64,000 bases of DNA from Hormiphora californensis (Eukaryota > Animalia > Ctenophora), in contig CM035359.1 of the NCBI GenBank assembly GCA_020137815.1, positions 4,278,001-4,342,000 of the forward strand, read 5' to 3'. Below the pieces are notes generated by a model, which saw only the letters and a list, made by a program, of their open reading frames with translations, was not told the origin of the DNA and ran no database searches. Of the stretch, positions 23,570 to 64,000 are shown piece by piece. How positions within the stretch are numbered: the first letter of the stretch is position 1; every line of letters begins with the position of its first letter. The position numbers were made by a program, and so were the translations under genes.

Positions 23570-24210
23570 ACTCCTTATTCAACTAGCAGAGAATTTTTCC
23601 TCCATCAGGCCGTTTAATTTTACATCCGACTAGAATTTCTAGTAGAAAGGACAAAAACGTTCTAGATCTCGTTTTCACTAACAACGACATGCTTATTCAT
23701 GATGTGGATCACATTCTAAAAACGGAGTGGTCTGATCAATGATCATGACCTTGTCAAAGTAACCCTGAAATCTCAGGAATTCTCTTACTGGCCCCAAAAT
23801 CCAAAACCGAAAACTTTAAGCCAGAAACCCTGTTCGACAATCTCAACTTTACCAAAGTTACCGATGAGATTTGGGAAAAAATAAACGTGGCGGCGTGGCG
23901 CTTGCCCAAGCAGACTGGTCGAATGTAACAGAATCAATGGAATATCGATCAAGACTCATCTTGGAGACTTTCAATGAAGTGGTTACTGGAGTGTGCTCCA
24001 GTTTCGTACCCTCCCATACCTAGTCGAACACAAAGCGCAAGAAAAAAAATCCCGGAGCAAAGAAGAAAGCTGTTAGTGAAGAAGAGAGCATTAGCTAAAA
24101 AGATAAAGAAAGCTAAAGCCGAAGAAACACCAAATCTCCCCAGATTACAAGAACTCCACGCGGGATTATCACGCATCGAACTTCAGATGGCATCAATTAG
24201 CATCCGGTCG
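23570..24210 (+). mobile_element. Degenerate LINE (CR1/L2-like) ORF2 fragment, end of the AP-endonuclease domain
   Basis: Translates HPTR..KNVLDLVFTNND..WSD(H)DLV with stops and frameshifts. Confidence 0.7.
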
Positions 24211-24367
24211 GAGAAGTACCAGTTTGAACCCCTTTTTCACCAAAAAACACCTAAAAACGCGATTTTCACCATTTTCAAAGAATAGGTGGGAGACACTTGT
24301 ATCTTCCTGATCAAGGATTTTTTTAAAGAAATGTCGTATTTTCAAAATGAAAAAACGATAACTATAA

Positions 24368-25005
24368 CACGGTGTTCATTTTGGATCTTTACAAGCGTTG
24401 GGCTTCACCCAGAAAACAGTTGACAAGATTAGGTCGTGAAACTTCATACTTGGTCTATTCTATACCCTCATTCAAGGTTCCTGGAGATTTTGGAGCTCTA
24501 GTACCCCGGGAAGTGTGTTTTTGGCATCAAAACTACCAGAAGGAATTTTTTGCTGGTGCTGAGACTTTGCTAAAATGTTTTTTTGGGTATTTTCTATGTC
24601 AATCCTAAAGTTTCATGGAGATTGGATGTGTTTATCGGACTCAAAACTTCATAGAAAGTGGCTGGAAAGACTCCATTTTGCCGTTTTTGAGGCGTTTTCG
24701 AGCCTTTCCAGCCACTTTTTACGAAATTTTGAGTCCGAAAAACACATCCAATCTCCATGAAACTTTAGGATGGACATAGAAAATACCCAAAAAACATTTT
24801 AGAAAAGTCTCAGCACCAGCAAAAATTCCTTCTGGTAGTTTTGATGCCAAAAACACACTTCCCGGGGTACTATAGAGCTCCAAAACCCCCAAGAACCTTG
24901 AATGAGGGTATAGAATAGCCCAAGTAAGAAGTTTCACGACCTAATCTAGTCAACTGTTTTCTGGGTGAAGACCAACGCTTGTAAAGATCCAAAATGAACA
25001 CCCTG
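24368..25005. mobile_element. Near-fully palindromic Tc1/mariner-type MITE
   Basis: CA(C/G)GGTGTTCATTTTGGATC termini, TA at the right end, ~310-bp arms. Confidence 0.8.
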
Positions 25006-25053
25006 TATCTTTCTATCGTTTTAATTTTTTAGGCTATTTTTATATCTTTTCCC

Positions 25054-25172
25054 CCTGCGTAGTTCCAGGAGGTCCCCTTTAGGTCCTGCGTAGTTCCAGG
25101 AGGTCCCCTTTAGGTCCTGCGTAGTTCCAGGAGGTCCCCCATGGTCCTGCGTAGTTCCAGGAGGTCCCCTTT
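25054..25172. repeat. ~31-bp minisatellite x4
   Basis: CCTGCGTAGTTCCAGGAGGTCCCCTTTAGGT repeated in tandem. Confidence 0.9.
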
Positions 25173-25969
25173 AGAACACAACGAACACAACCGTTCGTTT
25201 TGCTGGGGGACTCGGTCGAGGTTGAACGTCCTTAAGGGACACCGTGACACATCACTCAATCCACCAACCCTCTCTATTGGCTCCATTGCAACCTATTCTC
25301 GCTCCGCGAAGAATAGGCTCCCGCCCCATGTGGACAGCAAGAACTCACGTTTTTCAGCAAATCCCCTGCGACAGACTGTTTTGGGAGACCTTTTTAGCTG
25401 ACCTAGCACTACTAAAACGTCAATTACCGCCTCATTTCGCATCGTGATGAATCGGCGGGTATTTTCCCATGCTCACAAGGCCATGACGATTCACCCAGTA
25501 CCCGCAGATTGTCCCAGGACCGAGTAGGAGCTTGCAGCCAGGTCTTTAAAGAATTGCCCATGTTTAGAGTCAATTTTGACCCACTATTCCTCAAATGCTG
25601 ATACTCGCGGGTGTTTTCCGTAAAACTAGAGTCAATTATCTGCCAGGGGCAACAAACGAGATGCAAATCGGTCCAGTAGTTCCTTGCAGCCAGGTCTTTG
25701 AAAAAGTTTGCTCTAAAATCAATAACGGGGCAGAGACCTGTATGTGAGATCGATCTCAGTCGCGCGCGACGTCGATCTCACTCAGGTATCAATGTGACCA
25801 AGCTCTGACAGTCCTAGAAAGTTCACGCGAGGTGAAGTATCTTTCTTACTAAGAAACCCAACCCCTAAACGTGTCCTTAACCCTTTGACGGCGACAGAGC
25901 ATATATGCTACAGTCTATTCTAACAAACAAATAATCTTGAATATTACTATTGTTATTAACATATCTCTC

Positions 25970-26075
25970 TAATTCTGTCCGACAAACGTTGAAAGTAGAT
26001 TCCGTGGAAGTGTTGTGCAGAATGGGAGTTCATGATCGCCTTGATCAAGGGTGGTTTTCTCTCCGTCAAAAAGTC
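25970..26075 (-). pseudogene. Second degenerate ARRDC exon fragment
   Basis: Reads DGEKTTLDQGDHELPFCTTLPRNLLSTFVGQN* versus ARRDC DGEKTSLDQGNHEFPFSITLPPNLPSTFVGRHG. Confidence 0.8.
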
Positions 26076-26466
26076 CCAGTCAAAATCAAATACCCGGACA
26101 TAAAATTCATACGTTGGATGTTGGTGTTGTGGATGTGAGGATGAAGGAGGGAGCACTGATCTGTGATGGGGTGTGTGACAGCATTGAACTGACGAACAGC
26201 AGATGATCATTGAATGCACTTGTAGATGTGTGTTGATGAACATGATTGCGGTGGATACAATTATGGTGGAGTTATAAGTTACAGGCGTCAGTACTATTTT
26301 GTTCAAGATCTTCTCAACAGCTGAGAATGAGAAAATACCGATACAATTGGACCAGAATTCACATTCGGATCAAAACACGATAACAGTTTTTGTGAGTACA
26401 GGAAGGCAGTCCAGTTGTTCCCATTGAATAACAGGACCCGATTCTTTCAGCCACTCCCCTCATTCA

Positions 26467-26527
26467 TTGGTTACGAGGTTACCCCTTGCCAGCGCGCGCG
26501 AAGAGTGTGAGGTGTCTTCGATACCAA
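26467..26527. mobile_element. 61-bp mini-MITE (TTGG...CCAA, 9-bp TSD; Mutator-like)
   Basis: TSD CCTCATTCA on both sides; related to 43442-43539. Confidence 0.8.
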
Positions 26528-27267
26528 CCTCATTCACCCATATAGTCCGTCTAGCACATTACCATTTCCACAAGCTTGTCCTCTAGACGACGATAGCAAG
26601 TCTATAATTTGGTGACATAAACACCTGGCGAGACCCCCGCACACCCCCGTGTGTGAGCTCATAGCATGGTACCACGTAGTGGCTTGTCGAGTTACTCGAC
26701 TCGAGTACATCCCTTACTCAACAAGTGATGATATATACAAGATTAAAAAAGCTTTGTTTTTACAACGAACAAAGTACTTACAATTCATTATGCATAGATC
26801 AACAGTTTTTGTCAGTTTTTTATCGAGTTGTCAAACTAAAACTAAAACTTGACTCGCCGCATTTTGATATGCCATCATTTTTCAATTTTATATGACTGCA
26901 ACAGGTATACGGATGACCAAAAACACTTAAAACTGTCTCTCTTTGATTACTGTTTTAGTTCATTATATATCACTCAATTATTGTTCACTCAAATGTCCTG
27001 TACGAAGTACATCTCTCCGAAACCTTTCTCTTCGATATAGTTGCAGGGGAAGCAGCCGTGACTCATACATCACAGCGCAAAACATTCCTAACTCGCCACC
27101 CTGATCTCTCGCACACGCTTCAGAACTTGTAAAGGAAGGGGTGGAGGACCCCTTACTCAACAAGTCAGAACAAGATTAGGAACAAGAGGAATGCAGCTCT
27201 TCATCAACTGAGAACTGCACCTGCAGAGTTGCAGTCACGACTGATTCCCCTACCTCACATCTGATCG

Positions 27268-60210
<32,943 letters not shown>

Positions 60211-60229
<19 letters not shown>

Positions 60230-61270
60230 TTTACCCTGAAACAATTAGCAACGTTACAGACAAACAGACAAATAGATAGGAATGGGACCTACCCATTTTA
60301 CTCTGAAACAATTAGTGCAACGTTACAGACAAACAGACAAATAGATAGGAATGGGATCTACCCATTTTACCCTGAAACAATTAGCAACGTTACAGACAAA
60401 CAGACAAATAGATAGGAATGGGACCTACCCATTTTACCCTGAAACAATTAGCAACGTTACAGACAAACAGACAAATAGATAGGAATGGGACCTACCCATT
60501 TTACCCTGAAACAATTAGCAACGTTACAGACAAACAGATAAATAGATAGGAATGGGACCTACCCATTTTACCCTGAAACAATTAGCAACGTTACAGACAA
60601 ACAGACAAATAGATAGGAATGGGACCTACCCATTTTACCCTGAAACAATTAGCAACGTTACAGACAAACAGACAAATAGATAGGAATGGGACATACCCAT
60701 TTTACCCTGAAACAATTAGCAACGTTACAGACAAACAGACAAATAGATAGGAATGGGACCTACCCATTTTACCCTGAAACAATTAGCAACGTTACAGACA
60801 AACAGACAAATAGATAGGAATGGGACCTACCCATTTTACCCTGAAACAACTAGCAACGTTACAGACAAACAGACAAATAGATAGGAATGGGACCTACCCA
60901 TTTTACCCTGAAACAATTAGCAACGTTACAGACAAACAGACAAATATATAGGAATGGGACCTACCCATTTTACCCTGAAACAATTAGCAACGTTACAGAC
61001 AAACAGACAAATAGATAGGAATGGGACCTACCCATTTTACCCTGAAACAATTAGCAACGTTATAGACAAACAGACAAATAGATAGGAATGGGACCTACCC
61101 ATTTTACACTGAAACAATTAGCAACGTTACAGACAAACAGACAAATAGAGAGGAATGGGACCTACCCATTTTACCCTGAAACAATTAGCAACGTTACAGA
61201 CAAACATACAAATAGATAGGAATGTGACCTACCCATTTTACCCTGAAACAATTAGCAACGTTACAGACAA
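60211..61270 (-). repeat. 67-bp tandem array x16 containing branch point, 3' splice site and the PDE9 start codon
   Basis: Minus-strand unit ...TCTATTTGTCTGTTTGTCTGTAACGTTGCTAATTGTTTCAG|GGTAAAATGGGTAGGTCCCATTCC; the last copy runs into the first PDE9 coding exon. Confidence 0.95.
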
Positions 61271-61689
61271 AGAATTAAGCCACAAACAGGTCCTGCAGAT
61301 TTCCAGATAAATTTGGACACGATATAGTCGAGCGCACAAAACAAGTCCTTATGGCCTCCTCCTGGCCACTTCTCAGTGCCCAAATAAATTGGTTTTGTGT
61401 AATACGGAGCCTATCAAAGCTATTAGGTCCATAAATATGATATAAATGTTAAAAGTTTAATATAATTACCTCTAACAAAACCTCTCTCTAGCTTTGGAAT
61501 GTCGAGCAAACTTCCGGGATAGTTGTTGTCTATGATCAAGTACAAAAGGAAGGACTAAGCAAGGTATTTGACCGTTATGATCTTTATTCTAGCGAATTTT
61601 CCCAGCTTGAATACTATTCGCCACCAACGTCATACTGAGCTGGTATAGCGAGCAACAGTGTCACAGAGAGATATTACAAAGATCATGAG

Positions 61690-61972
<283 letters not shown>

Positions 61973-62179
61973 AAATTGGTGGCACACTAGATGTTCTACT
62001 TCACATTGACAGGTGTCATGAGACGCGACCAATATCGACTAGGTAGATGTAGAGATTAAAGGGAGTTCGGTACCGCCTACTAATAAACCTGGAATATAGA
62101 GAGGGAGAAGAGAGAGAGAGAGAAGAGAGAGAGAGCAATTCGAGAGGGGGAAGAGAGAATAGATGAGAAAGAGATAAGG

Positions 62180-63350
62180 GCGTTTAAAAAAAAAGTGGGG
62201 GGGGGAAACCCCGGGGGGGGCCCCCCCCCCCCCAAAAATTTTTTTTTTCCCCCCCTTTTCCCCCCGGGGGGGGGGGGGTTTTAAAAACCCCCCCCGGGGG
62301 GGGGGGGGGGGGGGCCCCCCCCCCCCCCCGGGGGGGGGGGGGGTTTTTTTTTTAAAAATTTGAGAAAGGGGGGAAAAAGGAAAAGGGGGAAAAAAAAAAG
62401 GCAAAATTTTTTTTTTTAAAATCTCGGGGTTTTTATTGCCTTTGATCTTCCCGTTTTCCCCTTTCCCCCCGCCCCCCCGGGCCTTGCCCCGTTCCCCCCG
62501 GGCCCCGTTCTTTTTCCCCCCCTTTTCCCCCCGCCCCCCGGGGGGGTCCCCCCCCTTTTCCCCCCCCCCCCCCGCCCCCTTTTCCCCCCCTTTTTTTTTT
62601 GTTCCTTTGTTTTTTTTTTTTTTTTTTTTCCCCCCCCCCCCCCCCCCTTTTTTTTTTTTTTTTTTCGAAAGGGCCAAAAAAAGGACCTGTTTCCAAATTC
62701 CTAACCAAAAGGCCCCTTAAATTTTTTTAAAATAAAATTTCAAAACCCTATTTTTCCCCCGGAGAAAAAAAAAAATTTTTAAAAAACCAAAAAAAAAAGA
62801 AAAATTTAAGAAAAAGGAAAAAAAATTTTTAGAAAGGAATTTTTGGGGGAGGAAAAAAAGAGGGGGAAAGGGGGATAAAAAAAAATGACAAGGGGCGGAC
62901 AAAAAAAAATTTTAGAAAAAAAAGGAAAAAAGGGGGGGCGGAAGAAAATTTTTTAAAGGAAAAAACCCCCCCGGGCGAGGGAGAGTAAGAAAAGAAAAAA
63001 AGGTTGAAAGAAACAAAATTAGGGATAAAGGGTTTTTGAAAGGGGTTTTTTGGGTTTTCAAGAAAACCCATTTAAAAAACCGGGAAATTGGTTTTAAAAA
63101 TTCCTTTTAGGAAATTCCGGGGGAAACAAAAAACTAAAATTTTAAAAAAATTTTACTAGAACATAATTTTTACCTCCCCCCCCAATTTAGAATGGATGGT
63201 GGTTTGGGGGGGGGGGAAAAGGGGGACCCCAAAACCAAAAGGGGCTAAAAGAGGGGATTTTTTTGGGTTAGGTGGTTTAGGGGGGGAAAAAAAACAAGGG
63301 TTTTTTACTTTTTAGGGGAAAAGGGGGGAAAAAAGGGTTGTAGGGGTTAA
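62180..63350. other. Homopolymer-garbled, artefact-like sequence
   Basis: Follows a GA-rich tract; consists almost only of homopolymer runs. Confidence 0.85.
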
Positions 63351-63740
63351 AAGGTACCATGACATGTCGAAACCCAAATGTGTGAGAATTTGTCGAATCT
63401 CTATTGGGTGCGCTAGTGACACATATATAGAGGGGGTTATTATAGGTAGTAACTTGCCATCTTACAACTGCCATTTTCAACGCAGCTGGACACTTTTATA
63501 ATTAATCACCTCTTTTAGAACATATATCAAGTTGATAAAACCAGGTGGGTGGTCGTGTTATACGACCACCCACCTGGTTTAATATGTCGACAATCTTTAA
63601 ACCCCCTTCCGCGGAGTCGGAGCTCAGCACTCAAGTCAACAGAAAACACAGGTTGACATATTGAAATCGAATTATTGTCTGTTTTGATCATTTAATTCGG
63701 CCGGTTGACAACCTTGTTGTTTGTTTCAAGTATATTATAC

Positions 63741-63818
63741 CTGGATGTGGATGAGGAGGCGTCGTGCGGGGTTTGGGGAGGAAATGTTGCCGGAGGAGGA
63801 CGCCACAACAAAGATGGG
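63741..63818 (-). CDS. Possible 78-nt exon of an unidentified upstream gene
   Basis: CATTCTAG|PIFVVASSSGNISSPNPARRLLIHIQ|GTATAA, open in phase 0; the acceptor and exon start are repeated ~134 bp away. Confidence 0.35.
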
Positions 63819-64000
63819 CTAGAATGGAGTAAGGTGGTTAGGGGCTAGAACAGAGTGATTGGTGGTTATGCCTCCCCCCTAACCGTTAGGAATGGAGTAA
63901 GGTGGTTTGGGGAGGAAATGTTGCCGGAGGAGGACGCCACAACAAAGATGGGCTAGAATGGAGTGGTTAGTGGTTAGGGGCTAGAACAGAGTGATTAGTG

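Noticed and set aside
26978-27260. SH3-like GCFPCNY motif on the minus strand
   Set aside because: Short, flanked by stops, and in the probable PDE9 3' UTR; likely chance.
61485-61638. Possible + strand exons (LWNVEQTSG..LSK / LEYYSPPTSY*)
   Set aside because: Very short intron, no recognisable homology and no supporting upstream exons; insufficient evidence.

Overview
Eukaryotic (animal) genomic DNA rich in spliceosomal introns and MITEs. It is probably a ctenophore (Pleurobrachia/Hormiphora-like); this is an inference from a recalled 109-bp hAT MITE, an intronless LDLa-GPCR and nested intronic genes, and has not been verified. Genes reconstructed by hand from GT-AG exons: the 3' part of an adhesion GPCR (+, 618-5039); an arrestin-domain gene interrupted by a MITE (-, 6401-9163); a C16orf89/UPF0764 homolog (-, 10129-12974); and a ~33-kb PDE9-type phosphodiesterase gene (-, 27268-60229). 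PDE9 introns host an intronless LDLa/GRL101-like GPCR (frameshifted by a 98-bp mini-transposon) and an antisense gene for a secreted, extremely Arg/Gly-rich protein with 20 identical 26-aa repeats. Most striking pattern: tandem repeats at intron edges repeatedly copy the splice site plus adjacent exon. The largest is a 16 x 67-bp array in which each unit carries a branch point, AG, the PDE9 ATG and a 21-aa uORF. Regions 30088-31690, ~48740-59790 and ~62180-63350 are homopolymer-garbled and look like base-calling or assembly artefacts, so ORFs there are unreliable.
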